Shown: piece by piece, positions 10,450 to 21,078 of the stretch
Layout: every line of letters begins with the position of its first letter
Position numbering within the stretch: position 1 is the stretch's first letter
NCBI GenBank assembly: GCA_045593265.1
Contig: JAZNWH010000105.1
Coordinates: 19,216 to 83,215, forward strand
DNA length: 64,000 bases
Reading direction: 5' to 3'
Source of the DNA: Clostridia bacterium
GTDB taxonomy: Bacteria; Bacillota; Clostridia; RGIG6154
Program-made: the position numbers and the translations under genes
The notes under the pieces: generated by a model
Seen by the model: the letters and a program-made list of their open reading frames with translations, nothing else
What the model was told of the DNA's origin: nothing
The model's database searches: none

Positions 10450-11817
10450 TTATAAATCTTCAACAAGAGTCTTTCTGTTTTTCCATTTTCCTGAGAAGAA
10501 ATAAATCATACTTGGAATTGCAAAACCATATGGTGCAAGAGCATATCCAAGAACAAATCCATAAAATCCCCAATTAAACACCACACCGAAAAGCCAGCTT
10601 AATCCAATTCTTAAAAATACTCCATCAAGAAGTGCAAGTATCATACTAAAGCGTGCATTTCCTATCCCCTGAACAAAAGCTCCGCTGCCTCTCATTACAG
10701 CAAAGGCAGGAAACATCCATAATATTGCTTTTATAAAAGTCTTTGACATTTCGTGAACCTGATAATCGTCGGAGAATATCATAAACAGCTGTCTTCCAAA
10801 CACTATGTAAAGCATCATAAATATCAGTGTAAGTATTCCTGAATATACCCAAGCCCAATACACAATATGTTTTGCACGGTTTTTCTCGCCTGCACCTATA
10901 TTCTGACTTATCATAGGCATAGCCGCATGTTGTATTCCCTGAGAAATTTTATTTATTATATCGTCAATTCTTATACCTACGCCAAATGTTGCTGAAGCAA
11001 CTACACCTACCTGATTTATTATTGAATTAACAAAAAGCATTGATAAATTAATAAACCCCGACTGAATTGCCATAGGCGTTCCTAAGCTTATTATCATTTG
11101 TGCGCAATTCTTATCAATTTTAAAGCTCTCTTTCTTAAACTCAAATCCAAAAGAGTGTCTATGTTTATACAAATACCATATAGAAAACAAAAACGAAACT
11201 GCCTGACCGATTATTGTTGCCCATGCTGCACCTGCAACACCAAATCCCATTATGCCTGTAAACAAAATATCAAGAACTAAATTTGTAACAGAAGCTATAA
11301 CAATAAACAATAAAGGTCTTTTTGAATCTCCCATACCACGAAGTACTGCAGACACCATATTATATCCCGCAGTAAAAAACAACCCTAAACCACATATAAC
11401 AAGGTATTCTATTGCCATTTTATAAGACTCTGACGGAACATTCATTACATTCAATATGCCTTTTCTGAACACAACACAGACAGTAGAAAATATTATCGCC
11501 AAAATAGTCAACAAGCAAAACAAAGTGCCTATAATATCATTGAGTTTTTCACGTTTGTTTGAACCTATAGCCTGAGAAACAAGGACCTGACCTGCATTTG
11601 AAACTCCGAGACATATCATTGTAGCGAAATTCACTATCTGACTACTCAGGGAAACGGCTGATAAACCTGCTGTACCTACATAACGCCCCACAATCATCAT
11701 ATCAATTGTACTGTACAACACCTGCAACGCATTTGACAACATAAACGGCAGCATAAAAAACAATAGCTGACGTGCTATATTTCCCTTAGTAAAATCTTTT
11801 GTAATACCGTTACTCAT
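10450..11817 (-). CDS. MATE family efflux transporter
   Basis: 455 aa, 12-TM MATE architecture. Confidence 0.8.
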   Translation of the reverse strand: MSNGITKDFTKGNIARQLLFFMLPFMLSNALQVLYSTIDMMIVGRYVGTAGLSAVSLSSQIVNFATMICLGVSNAGQVLVSQAIGSNKREKLNDIIGTLFCLLTILAIIFSTVCVVFRKGILNVMNVPSESYKMAIEYLVICGLGLFFTAGYNMVSAVLRGMGDSKRPLLFIVIASVTNLVLDILFTGIMGFGVAGAAWATIIGQAVSFLFSIWYLYKHRHSFGFEFKKESFKIDKNCAQMIISLGTPMAIQSGFINLSMLFVNSIINQVGVVASATFGVGIRIDDIINKISQGIQHAAMPMISQNIGAGEKNRAKHIVYWAWVYSGILTLIFMMLYIVFGRQLFMIFSDDYQVHEMSKTFIKAILWMFPAFAVMRGSGAFVQGIGNARFSMILALLDGVFLRIGLSWLFGVVFNWGFYGFVLGYALAPYGFAIPSMIYFFSGKWKNRKTLVEDL

Positions 11818-11996
11818 TTTATAAGCTCTCCAATTTAAATAATAACTCTTTTAATTTGATCTGTTAAAATACCTTTTCATATAGAGTACAACAAATGTTA
11901 ATATTTTTGCAACTACGGCATATTGTAACATATTTCCCCAAAAAATACAACAAAAAAGTCAGAACACGCAAAATGTATTCTGACCTCTGATTTTTA

Positions 11997-12806
11997 TTAA
12001 TTTATTTCTGTCAGGCTGCCAAAAGAATATCCGAGTTCTTCCCATCTTTGAAGAAGTTCATCCAGTATCATACCGTTTGTTTTTGATGTGGAATGAAGTA
12101 GCACAATCGCTCCGGGATGAATTCTTGTGAGTAACTTTGAAAAAGCTTCGTCTTTAGTAGGCTGTTGCTTATCTATCCAATCTACATAAGCAAGAGACCA
12201 GAAAAATGTTTTATACCCTAATTCCTTTGCCATAGCAAGATTTTCTTCACTGAATTTTCCCTGAGGAGGTCTGTAAAATTTAAGCATTTCCTGTCCTGTT
12301 GTTTTTTTATACAGTTCTTCAAGAGAAGTAAGCTCATCGCTGAATTTTTCTTTAGATGAAATTTTGCTCATATCGGGATGAGAATATGTATGATTTGCAA
12401 CTATATGTCCCTCGTTACACATTCTTTTGACAATATCAGGATTTTTTTCAATATAGTTTCCTACCAGAAAAAATGTAGCTTTTACATCGTGCTTTTTAAG
12501 AGCGTCAAGAATTTGTTCTGTTGCACCGTTTTCATATCCTGCATCAAAGGTAAGATATATTCTTTTTTCGTCTGTAGGTGCAGTATAAAACGCATTATAC
12601 TGTCTTAAAAATTCACTGTCTGCATTACCTACAGGCTTTTCCCCATTAGTCTTATAACTAAGTCCCCAGTCATTTGTTTTAATATTTGAAAAAACCGAAG
12701 TAACAAATCCATTTGCACAAAAGAAATACAAAGCAAAGCCTAACAAAAACAAAGTTACAGCATAAATTATATGCTTACGTTTTAAAACATAAATCAAAAA
12801 AATCAC
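11997..12806 (-). CDS. polysaccharide deacetylase (NodB-domain; PdaA-like)
   Basis: 269 aa. N-terminal TM, then NodB motifs (TFDAGYENG ... HTYSHPDM). Confidence 0.8.
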   Translation of the reverse strand: MIFLIYVLKRKHIIYAVTLFLLGFALYFFCANGFVTSVFSNIKTNDWGLSYKTNGEKPVGNADSEFLRQYNAFYTAPTDEKRIYLTFDAGYENGATEQILDALKKHDVKATFFLVGNYIEKNPDIVKRMCNEGHIVANHTYSHPDMSKISSKEKFSDELTSLEELYKKTTGQEMLKFYRPPQGKFSEENLAMAKELGYKTFFWSLAYVDWIDKQQPTKDEAFSKLLTRIHPGAIVLLHSTSKTNGMILDELLQRWEELGYSFGSLTEIN

Positions 12807-12898
12807 CTCTAAAAAATTATAGTATTATAATTGAAAAATTATGACTTTTATGGTATACTATAACAAGTATATAATTTTTAACGGAAGGAGATATTCTT

Positions 12899-14803
12899 TT
12901 GATACTGCTTACTGCTTCAAAAGTAAAAAAGACATATGGTATAGAAACAATCTTAGAGGATATCTCTTTTACAGTTTCGTCAGGAGACAGAACAGGTATT
13001 TTGGGAATAAACGGAGCAGGTAAAACTACTCTCTTCAAGCTTATAACCGATGAAATTTCTCCTGATGAGGGAAATATATTCAGAAATAAAAATGTTAAAA
13101 TCAGTTATATGAAACAGTTCGGAGAATATTCCTCTGAAAAGAACGCTTTTGACGAAGTAATGACTGTTTTTTCTCATATGGTAGAAATGGAACAGGAATT
13201 AAATGAGCTTAACACCAAAATTGAAACCGACAGCAACGAAGAGCTGATTGCAAAATTTACTGAACTGAACCAAAAATATATTGACCTGGGTGGTCTTACC
13301 TATCGTAATCGTATAAAATCCACACTTACAGGGCTTGGCTTTGAGGAAGAACATTTAAGCGTACCTTTATCCGATTTAAGTGGTGGACAACGCACCCGAG
13401 TTATGCTTGCAAAGGTTCTTCTGGAAAATGCAGATATTCTTCTTCTCGACGAACCTACAAACCACCTTGATATAGACGCTGTTACCTGGCTTGAGGACTT
13501 TCTGTCGGGTTATCCGGGAAGTATCCTTTTAATCACCCATGACCGTTATTTCCTTGATAAGGTAACTAATAAAATATACGAAATAGAACATCATAAGCTT
13601 AAGGAATATAACGGAAACTATTCATACTACAGACAGAAAAAAGAAGCTGACCGTGCAGCACTTGAAAAGGATTATGCCTTAAAGGAAAAAGAAATCAAGC
13701 GTCTTGAAGGTATAATTGCTCAGCAAAAACAGTGGAACAGAGAAAGAAATATAAAAACTGCAGAAAGCAAACAAAAGGTTATTGACAGAATTGAACAGAC
13801 TATGGTAAAGCCTGAAAAAACGCTCGACACTTTAAACTTTAAGTTTAACTTTATGGCCGATTGCGCTAATGATGTTTTAACTGTAGAAAATGTTTCAAAA
13901 CACTTTGACGATGTGCCTTTATTTGAAAATGTCAATTTCGAAGTCAAAAAGAACGACCGTATTTTTATAATGGGTGCAAACGGATGTGGTAAAACTACAC
14001 TTCTTAAAATTCTTTTGGGCAGAACAAGGGCAGATTCAGGTCGTTACAAAATCGGACCGAGAGTTGAATGTGCCTACTATGATCAGGCACAGTGCGACCT
14101 TGATGATTCAAAGACTATATTTGAGGAAATTTCTGATTTTTTACCCGCCCTTGACAATACAACTATAAGAAGCGCTCTTGCAATTTTCTTATTTAAAGGT
14201 GAAGATGTTTTCAAACAAATAGGAACGCTGTCAGGTGGAGAAAAGGCACGTGTTGCTTTTGCAAAATTAATGCTTTCCAAAGCTAATTTCCTTCTTCTTG
14301 ACGAGCCTACAAACCATCTGGATATTCCATCAAAGGAAGCAATTGAATCAGCACTCAAAGCATATGAGGGAACTCTTCTTACAGTTTCCCATGACAGATA
14401 TTTTGTTAATAAGCTTGCAACTAAAATATATCTTCTCTCTAAAGAAGGTATAACTGTAATACACGGTGATTATGACGAATATATAAAAATTAAAAGTTTA
14501 AAAGAGAGCATATCTGAGCCTGAAAAAAAACCATCATCAAATGCTCTTGACTATAAACAACAAAAAGCTCTTGAATCAGAAAAGAGAAAATTAAAAACTA
14601 AAATCTCTCGCTTGGAAGAAAAAATATCTGTTCTTGAGGAAGAAATTAATTCTCTTTCAGAAGAGATTTCAAAACCTGAAAACTCTTCTGATTTTGAAAA
14701 AATTATGCTCCTTAACAATGAACTGACCGAAAAGACAGCTTTGCTCGAGGAAACTATGAAAGAATGGGAAGATTTTTGTACTGCTTTGGAAGAGCTTGAA
14801 TAA
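12899..14803 (+). CDS. ABC-F family ATPase (two ABC domains + C-terminal coiled coil)
   Basis: 634 aa. Two Walker A/LSGGQ/Walker B sets and no TMD. TTG start with GGAAGGAG RBS. Confidence 0.85.
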   Translation: MILLTASKVKKTYGIETILEDISFTVSSGDRTGILGINGAGKTTLFKLITDEISPDEGNIFRNKNVKISYMKQFGEYSSEKNAFDEVMTVFSHMVEMEQELNELNTKIETDSNEELIAKFTELNQKYIDLGGLTYRNRIKSTLTGLGFEEEHLSVPLSDLSGGQRTRVMLAKVLLENADILLLDEPTNHLDIDAVTWLEDFLSGYPGSILLITHDRYFLDKVTNKIYEIEHHKLKEYNGNYSYYRQKKEADRAALEKDYALKEKEIKRLEGIIAQQKQWNRERNIKTAESKQKVIDRIEQTMVKPEKTLDTLNFKFNFMADCANDVLTVENVSKHFDDVPLFENVNFEVKKNDRIFIMGANGCGKTTLLKILLGRTRADSGRYKIGPRVECAYYDQAQCDLDDSKTIFEEISDFLPALDNTTIRSALAIFLFKGEDVFKQIGTLSGGEKARVAFAKLMLSKANFLLLDEPTNHLDIPSKEAIESALKAYEGTLLTVSHDRYFVNKLATKIYLLSKEGITVIHGDYDEYIKIKSLKESISEPEKKPSSNALDYKQQKALESEKRKLKTKISRLEEKISVLEEEINSLSEEISKPENSSDFEKIMLLNNELTEKTALLEETMKEWEDFCTALEELE

Positions 14804-14842
14804 ATAATGTAACACCAATATTATTGAAAGGAGGAACATAAG

Positions 14843-16204
14843 GTGGCAACAATTAATGATTATACCCCTGATTTTGAACTGCTTAACGAAATGCTTGAAA
14901 ACAAACAGCTTCTTAATCTGAAAAAAGAAATATCCAATATGAATGAGGTTGATATAGCCGTCTTTATGGAGGAACTTGACTCCGACAAAGCCCTTATTGT
15001 GTTCCGACTTTTGAACAAAGACCTCGCAAACGAAGTTTTTGCTTGTCTTTCAACTGACACGCAGGAACATATTATTGAGTATATAAGTGATAAAGACCTT
15101 CACGATATGATTGAAGATTTATTTGTGGACGACGTAGTTGACTTGTTGGAAGAGCTTCCTGCAAATGTTGTTAAGCGTATTCTCAGAATAGCAACCCCCC
15201 AGACAAGAAATCTTATCAATCAGTTTTTAAAATACCCCGAGGACAGTGCGGGAAGTATTATGACTGCTGAGTATGTAGCTTTAAAGAAAACAATGAGTGT
15301 AGGCGATGCTATAAACTATATCAGAAAAACAGGCGTTGATAAAGAAACTATTTACACTTGTTATGTTACAAGTCCGCAACGTCTCTTGGAGGGTATTGTT
15401 TCTCTTAAAGACCTTATAATGGCTTCTCCTGATTGCATAATTGAAAACATAATGGATACAAATGTCATAAAGTGTGTAACCACCGAAGAACAGGAAGAAA
15501 TTGTGCAAACTTTTAATAAATATGATCTTCTTGCCCTTCCTGTTGTTGACCACGAAAACCGAATTGTTGGTATTATTACTGTCGATGACGTTTTTGACGT
15601 AATGGAAGAGGAAACAACCGAAGATATGGAAAAGATGGCAGCTATCACACCATCAGAAAAACCTTATCTTAAAACAGGAGTTTTTGAAACTTTTAAGCAA
15701 CGTATACCATGGCTTCTTATCCTTATGATTTCAGCCGCATTTACAGGGAAAATACTGACATTATATGAATCTGCATTAGCAAGCTGTATCATTCTTACAC
15801 AATTTATCCCCATGCTTATGAACACCGGTGGTAACTCAGGCAGTCAGTCTTCCGTTACTGTTATTCGTGGTCTCTCCATTGGTGAAATTGAATTTAAAGA
15901 CGTTTTTAAAGTTTTAGGTAAAGAGTTTTTAGTTTCTGTTCTATGCGGCTTAGTTCTTGCAATTGCTAATCTTGCTAAACTTATTCTTATAGATCGCATA
16001 GCGCTTGATATTGCAATAGTTGTTTGCCTTACTCTTCTTGTAACAGTTATTGCGGCAAAAATCGTCGGATGCTTGCTTCCTATGGCAGCTAAAAAAGTAG
16101 GCTTTGACCCTGCAGTTATGGCAAATCCGTTTATAACTACTATAGTCGACGCACTAAGTCTTGTAATATTTTTCAACATAGCAACATACATTTTAGGTAT
16201 CTGA
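14843..16204 (+). CDS. mgtE: magnesium transporter MgtE
   Basis: 453 aa. MgtE N-domain, CBS pair and C-terminal TM domain. GTG start after AAGGAGG. Confidence 0.85.
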   Translation: MATINDYTPDFELLNEMLENKQLLNLKKEISNMNEVDIAVFMEELDSDKALIVFRLLNKDLANEVFACLSTDTQEHIIEYISDKDLHDMIEDLFVDDVVDLLEELPANVVKRILRIATPQTRNLINQFLKYPEDSAGSIMTAEYVALKKTMSVGDAINYIRKTGVDKETIYTCYVTSPQRLLEGIVSLKDLIMASPDCIIENIMDTNVIKCVTTEEQEEIVQTFNKYDLLALPVVDHENRIVGIITVDDVFDVMEEETTEDMEKMAAITPSEKPYLKTGVFETFKQRIPWLLILMISAAFTGKILTLYESALASCIILTQFIPMLMNTGGNSGSQSSVTVIRGLSIGEIEFKDVFKVLGKEFLVSVLCGLVLAIANLAKLILIDRIALDIAIVVCLTLLVTVIAAKIVGCLLPMAAKKVGFDPAVMANPFITTIVDALSLVIFFNIATYILGI

Positions 16205-16220
16205 TGCCTGAAAGGAATGT

Positions 16221-17726
16221 TTGAATATGACAATTTTGGAACTTATTACGAACATAAACAAACAAATTAATACATTTTTATGGGACAAGCTCGGGCTTGT
16301 CCTTCTTATTTTAACAGGAATTATTTTTACTTTTGCAACACAATTTTTTCAATTGAAACATCTGTTTTTCTGGATAAGTCAACCCTTAAGAAACATAAAA
16401 AAAAGAAAGACAGACAATACACGCTCAGGCATAACCCAAATGCAGGCACTTTGTACCTCTCTTGCATCAACTATAGGTGTCGGAAGTGTTGTAGGTGTAT
16501 CTGCCGCAATCAAATCAGGTGGTTGCGGTGCTGTGTTCTGGATGTGGACAGCTGCATTTTTTTCGATGATGACAGCATATGCAGAAAATGTGCTTAGCAT
16601 ATATTTTAGAGAAAAAAATAAAGACGGAATATGGCAAGGAGGAACAATGTATGTTTTAAAAAATGCAGCCAAAACGAAAAAACACTTCAGAATATTATTT
16701 AAAATACTTGCCGTATTATTCTGCATATTCTGTATTTTAGCCTCTTTTGGTATAGGAAATTTGGGTCAGATTAACAAAATAACAGAAAACCTGATTTATT
16801 CCTTTCCTGTCTCACAATTATCTGACCGAACCTTTTTTAATATTCCTGTATATAATCTAATAATTGCCTTTGTGCTTACTTTTTTATGTGGATTCATAAT
16901 TACAGGTGGTCTTAAAAGAGTTGCAAAATTCGCTGAAAGAGTAGTTCCTCTTATGGTTTTATTTTTTGTTTCAGGAAGTCTTGTTGTAATATTTTATCAC
17001 AAAGAAAACATTACTTTTGCCATAAATTCTATTTTTACGGAAGCTTTTTCTGTAAAAGCTGCACTTGGTGCTGCGAATGGTATAACTCTTAAACATATTA
17101 TAACAACAGGTTGCAAAAGAGGTCTTTTTTCCACAGAGGCAGGAATGGGTTCTACCACACTTATCAATTCCTCCTCCAATGTTAAAGAACCTGCTAAGCA
17201 AGGAATGTGGGGCATTTTTCAGGTTTTTGTGGATACATTCTTAATATGCACAATAACTGCTCTTGTTATTTTAACATCAAAAGTTTCATGGAACCTGTCC
17301 GACTCAGTGATGGTTGCTGATGCATTTGCAACTGTATTCGGTGCCTGGGGAAATAAATTTGTTGCCATAAGTATTCTTATGTTTGCACTTACATCTACTA
17401 TAGGTTGGTCTCAATATGCATCTGTTGCAGTTGAATATCTTAAAATCCCTTTACTGAATATAATTTACAAGGCTTTATTTATAGCTACAATCCCTCTTGG
17501 ATGTATAATTACATCTGAACTTACATGGAGCATCTGTGATACATTTAATGCTCTTATGATGATTCCTAATTTGATTGCACTGATATGTTTGTTCCCCACA
17601 GTGATAAAAATACATAATAATTACTGCAACAGAACATTTAAACATAAAAACATTACACCCATGCTTTCCTTTGATAAGCATATACAAGCAAAGCATCAAA
17701 TGGCCTTAAAACGAGAAAAAGAATAA
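16221..17726 (+). CDS. alanine/glycine:sodium symporter (AGCS family)
   Basis: 501 aa with AGCS motifs (ITQMQALCTSLASTIGVGSVVG). Confidence 0.8.
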   Translation: MNMTILELITNINKQINTFLWDKLGLVLLILTGIIFTFATQFFQLKHLFFWISQPLRNIKKRKTDNTRSGITQMQALCTSLASTIGVGSVVGVSAAIKSGGCGAVFWMWTAAFFSMMTAYAENVLSIYFREKNKDGIWQGGTMYVLKNAAKTKKHFRILFKILAVLFCIFCILASFGIGNLGQINKITENLIYSFPVSQLSDRTFFNIPVYNLIIAFVLTFLCGFIITGGLKRVAKFAERVVPLMVLFFVSGSLVVIFYHKENITFAINSIFTEAFSVKAALGAANGITLKHIITTGCKRGLFSTEAGMGSTTLINSSSNVKEPAKQGMWGIFQVFVDTFLICTITALVILTSKVSWNLSDSVMVADAFATVFGAWGNKFVAISILMFALTSTIGWSQYASVAVEYLKIPLLNIIYKALFIATIPLGCIITSELTWSICDTFNALMMIPNLIALICLFPTVIKIHNNYCNRTFKHKNITPMLSFDKHIQAKHQMALKREKE

Positions 17727-17751
17727 GGCAGGGCCCGTATTTCCCTGCCTT
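17726..17751 (+). terminator. stem-loop immediately after the AGCS stop codon
   Basis: AAGGCAGGG-cccgtattt-CCCTGCCTT. No strong U-run follows, so it is only a putative terminator. Confidence 0.4.
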
Positions 17752-17908
17752 GCACTGTTGCAAATCTGCCGAAGGAGCAGTTTGCATAGAGGATGTGAAA
17801 TCACTTCACGCTTATATATTAACTTTTTATGTGTACAATATTCTGTACACATAATTTTTATTTATATAAAAAACTGCTTAAAAATTTTATTTTTAAACAG
17901 TTTATTTT

Positions 17909-18712
17909 TTATTTATTATCAAGTTTACTTAAGAATGCTTTTGTTCTCTCATGTTTTGGGTTATCAATAACCTCCTGAGGAGTCCCCTCCTCCATTACAA
18001 CACCGTCTGCCATAAATATTATTCTGTCAGACACATTCCTTGCAAATCCGATTTCGTGAGTTACAATAACCATTGTAACATTCTCTTTTGCAAGCTGCTT
18101 TATAACTCTCAAAATTTCTCCTGTAAGTTCAGGATCAAGGGCTGATGTAGGTTCATCAAAAAAGAGTATTCTCGGTTTAAGAGCAAGGGCACGAGCAATA
18201 GAAACTCTCTGTTTTTGACCGCCTGAAAGCTGACAGGGATAATTATTAATCTTGTCTGTTAAGCCAACACGATCAAGAATAGAAAGAGCATTTTTTTCAA
18301 TATCCTCACAAATTTGTTTTTTATTATCCTTATAGTCAGCACGTTCTTTGGCAAGTAGCTTTGGTGCAAGCATAACATTTTCAAGAACTGTATACTGAGG
18401 AAACAAATTAAAATCCTGAAACACAAGTCCGAAATTAAGCTGTTTACTTCTAATTTCCTTTGCTGATGCTTTTTTATGTTCAGCACCGTCAAAAAGAATT
18501 TCACCATCAAGGAAAATTTTTCCCTTATCTGCTCTTTCAAGAAAATTAATACATCTTAAAAGCGTAGTTTTGCCACTTCCCGATGAACCAATAACACTTA
18601 AAACCTCACCCTCCTGCATTGAAAAGTTTACGCCCTTCAAAACCTGAGTTTTACCGAAGTTTTTATAAAGATTTTGTATTTCTAAAATGTTCACAATATC
18701 CCCCCTACTCAA
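17909..18712 (-). CDS. polar amino-acid ABC transporter ATP-binding protein
   Basis: 267 aa. Walker A GSSGSGKTT, LSGGQKQR, GlnQ-like. Confidence 0.85.
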   Translation of the reverse strand: MSRGDIVNILEIQNLYKNFGKTQVLKGVNFSMQEGEVLSVIGSSGSGKTTLLRCINFLERADKGKIFLDGEILFDGAEHKKASAKEIRSKQLNFGLVFQDFNLFPQYTVLENVMLAPKLLAKERADYKDNKKQICEDIEKNALSILDRVGLTDKINNYPCQLSGGQKQRVSIARALALKPRILFFDEPTSALDPELTGEILRVIKQLAKENVTMVIVTHEIGFARNVSDRIIFMADGVVMEEGTPQEVIDNPKHERTKAFLSKLDNK

Positions 18713-19349
18713 AATAGCTTAACTTTTTCTCAATACGACTAAAGAGTATGGTAAGCAAACCGTTGAATATGAGAAAATATATTCCCGTAGAGAAAAGAGG
18801 CCATATTAAACCTTTTTTTGTAAATCTTTCAGCACACATAATAATTTCAGAAACACTAATTACTCTTGCAAGAGATGTATCCTTAACAAGGGTTATTACT
18901 TCGTTACTTATAGGTGCTACTATTCTTTTTACAACCTGAAACAGCACTACCTTGAAAAACGCCTGTGTTTTTGTCATACCAAGCACCTGACAAGCTTCAT
19001 ACTGTCCTTTTGAAATTGACTCTATACCACCTCTGAAGATTTCAGAAAAGTAAGCTGCATAGTTTATTACAAACGCAATTAATGTCGCTGTCATTCTTGA
19101 GCTTATGGGCATATCAAAAAGCATACCCGGAGCATACATAACAACGAAAAGCTGGAGCATCAGAGGTGTACCTCTGATGATCCAGACAAAAGTTCTCGTA
19201 ATCCATCTTATGGGAGCAAATTTCATCATTGAGCCAAATGAAATTATAAGTCCCAAAGGCAATGACATTAAAAGAGTGAGTACAAATATTATACAGTTTA
19301 CATAAAAACCTTCAAACAGAGAAGATATAATAGGTAAAATGTTATTCAT
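18705..19349 (-). CDS. polar amino-acid ABC transporter permease
   Basis: 214 aa, HisM/GlnP-like TMD with EAA loop. Confidence 0.8.
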   Translation of the reverse strand: MNNILPIISSLFEGFYVNCIIFVLTLLMSLPLGLIISFGSMMKFAPIRWITRTFVWIIRGTPLMLQLFVVMYAPGMLFDMPISSRMTATLIAFVINYAAYFSEIFRGGIESISKGQYEACQVLGMTKTQAFFKVVLFQVVKRIVAPISNEVITLVKDTSLARVISVSEIIMCAERFTKKGLIWPLFSTGIYFLIFNGLLTILFSRIEKKLSYFE

Positions 19350-19369
19350 TTAATATCCAATCTTTCAAA

Positions 19370-20191
19370 TTATTTTACTTTTGATACCATAACCTGCTTA
19401 TTCTGCATATATGGTACTGAAATGCTCATATTTTCAAGTCTTTCCTGGGTAATTGTCATACCGTTCCAGATACAGTCGATATTCTTTGAATTAAGCTCGA
19501 TTTCTTTTGCATCCCAGTTAATTTCAATAAAGTTTGCTTCAACACCTAACTTAGCACAAACTGCTTCAGCAAATTCTGTTTCAAAACCTACAAGCTTATT
19601 TGCATCATCATAATAGTTCATAGGTGCAAAAAGTGTAATACCGATGTTAAGTACACCTTTTTCCTTAACATAAGCAAGGTCGCCTTCAGTAATTTCTGTT
19701 TCGTTTGCTTTTCCGTCTTTAATAACAAGAGCATCAAGCTTATAGTTTTTACCGATAGCATCCATTGTTCCGTCAGCAGCAAGTTCTGCAATTGCAGCAT
19801 TTACTGCATTTGTAAGGTCGCTTCCTTTTCTGAAAGCAATACCATATTCTTCAGGGCTGAAATCTTTACCCTCAACAACTGCTAAATCAGCAAAATCTGT
19901 GCCTTCACCTATTGAACCGATTGATGTTACATAGTCAACAATTGCAATATCAGCTGTTCCTGCTTCAACTTCCATCAAAGCTTTTGCCATTGAATCTACA
20001 GGAGTAAATTCAGCATTTGCAAAGAAATCGTCGCCTGTTGCAAGTTCTTCACCTGCTGAACCTGCTTCAGCAACTACTTTTGCACCTTCAACTGACTGTG
20101 AATAATCAACATTTTCATCTGTGTTTGTACCGCATGCAGCAAGTGAAAACATAAGCATTGCTGCAAGAATTAATGATAATACTTTTTTCAT
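19370..20191 (-). CDS. amino-acid ABC transporter substrate-binding lipoprotein (SBP_bac_3-like, apparently circularly permuted)
   Basis: 273 aa. Lipobox LAAC|G. The lobe-2 and C-terminal segments (GAKVVAEAGSAGE ... EEYGIAFRKGS ... DGTMDAIGKNY) come before the canonical N-terminal segments (GFETEF ... GMTITQERLE ... PY). Confidence 0.75.
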   Translation of the reverse strand: MKKVLSLILAAMLMFSLAACGTNTDENVDYSQSVEGAKVVAEAGSAGEELATGDDFFANAEFTPVDSMAKALMEVEAGTADIAIVDYVTSIGSIGEGTDFADLAVVEGKDFSPEEYGIAFRKGSDLTNAVNAAIAELAADGTMDAIGKNYKLDALVIKDGKANETEITEGDLAYVKEKGVLNIGITLFAPMNYYDDANKLVGFETEFAEAVCAKLGVEANFIEINWDAKEIELNSKNIDCIWNGMTITQERLENMSISVPYMQNKQVMVSKVK

Positions 20192-20322
20192 TTTAATTTC
20201 TCCCTTCGGAATTTATTACTCTACCATTTTATCACTTTACTTTAGTAAAGTCAATAGTTTTCATAAAATATTTTTTATTGTATAAATGTTTACTCTGTGG
20301 TATACTTTTAAGTGGTGATAAT

Positions 20323-21078
20323 ATGGTAATAAGACTTGGAAAATCCAACGAAAAAGAAGAACTTAAAAGCTTATGGAGAGAGGTTTTTGATGAAGATGAA
20401 TTTTATCTTGAATACAAATTTGATAAAAACTTTAAACCATGTCAATCCGTTGTAGTTGTAGATAAAAAAATTATTGGAGCTGCCCATTATGATACGCTGT
20501 CCATAAATGGCAAAAAAGTTGCCTATATTAATGGTGTATCCATAAAAAGGGAACATCGCGGGAAAAATATTTCGTTAAGAATGATGGATTACCTGCATAA
20601 CCATTTATTAAACGAAGGCTTTGCTTACTGCTTTTTAAAACCTGCAATTAACAATTATTATGAAAAATTCGGATATAAAACTGTAATTAGTGCCGCAAAA
20701 AGCAATTTGACTTACAAAGAAGTTCCTTCTTACAGTGTTACCAATTACGGTTATATTGAAATTTTTGAAGAGATGTGTAAAAAGCATAGTATTTTTCTTC
20801 CCCGCTCTGAAAAGAGATTTGAAAAAATTAAAAAACTGTATAATAACTATGATGGAGGAATCATTTGTTTTGAAAGAGAAAAAGAGCTTTTAGGATATGC
20901 TCTGTACGCAAAAGAAGATGAAAAAATTGTCATTGAAGAATCTGTTTTCCTCAATGACAACGGTTTTGATATTATGGGTAATTACTTTGAAAATGCCTCT
21001 GTAAACGAACTTGCTGTGATGATTAAAGATTTAAATGATAAATTTGATTATCCTGATGCATTTATTAAAGTTGTTTAA
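20323..21078 (+). CDS. GNAT family N-acetyltransferase (Eis-like two-domain)
   Basis: RBS AAGTGGTGA before ATG at 20323. GNAT core with a C-terminal extension. Confidence 0.6.
   Translation: MVIRLGKSNEKEELKSLWREVFDEDEFYLEYKFDKNFKPCQSVVVVDKKIIGAAHYDTLSINGKKVAYINGVSIKREHRGKNISLRMMDYLHNHLLNEGFAYCFLKPAINNYYEKFGYKTVISAAKSNLTYKEVPSYSVTNYGYIEIFEEMCKKHSIFLPRSEKRFEKIKKLYNNYDGGIICFEREKELLGYALYAKEDEKIVIEESVFLNDNGFDIMGNYFENASVNELAVMIKDLNDKFDYPDAFIKVV

Noticed and set aside
12980-13177. Short antisense and overlapping ORFs listed in the six-frame track (12980-13177, 4200-4475, 4571-4889, 7258-7539, 16280-16726, 57170-57443 and others)
   Set aside because: All sit inside and opposite, or out of frame with, strongly supported genes. 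They lack RBSs and have skewed compositions. The 57170-57443 frames are artefacts of the His-codon repeat.
14804-14842. M-box riboswitch upstream of mgtE
   Set aside because: The gap is only 39 nt, far too short for an M-box of about 160 nt.
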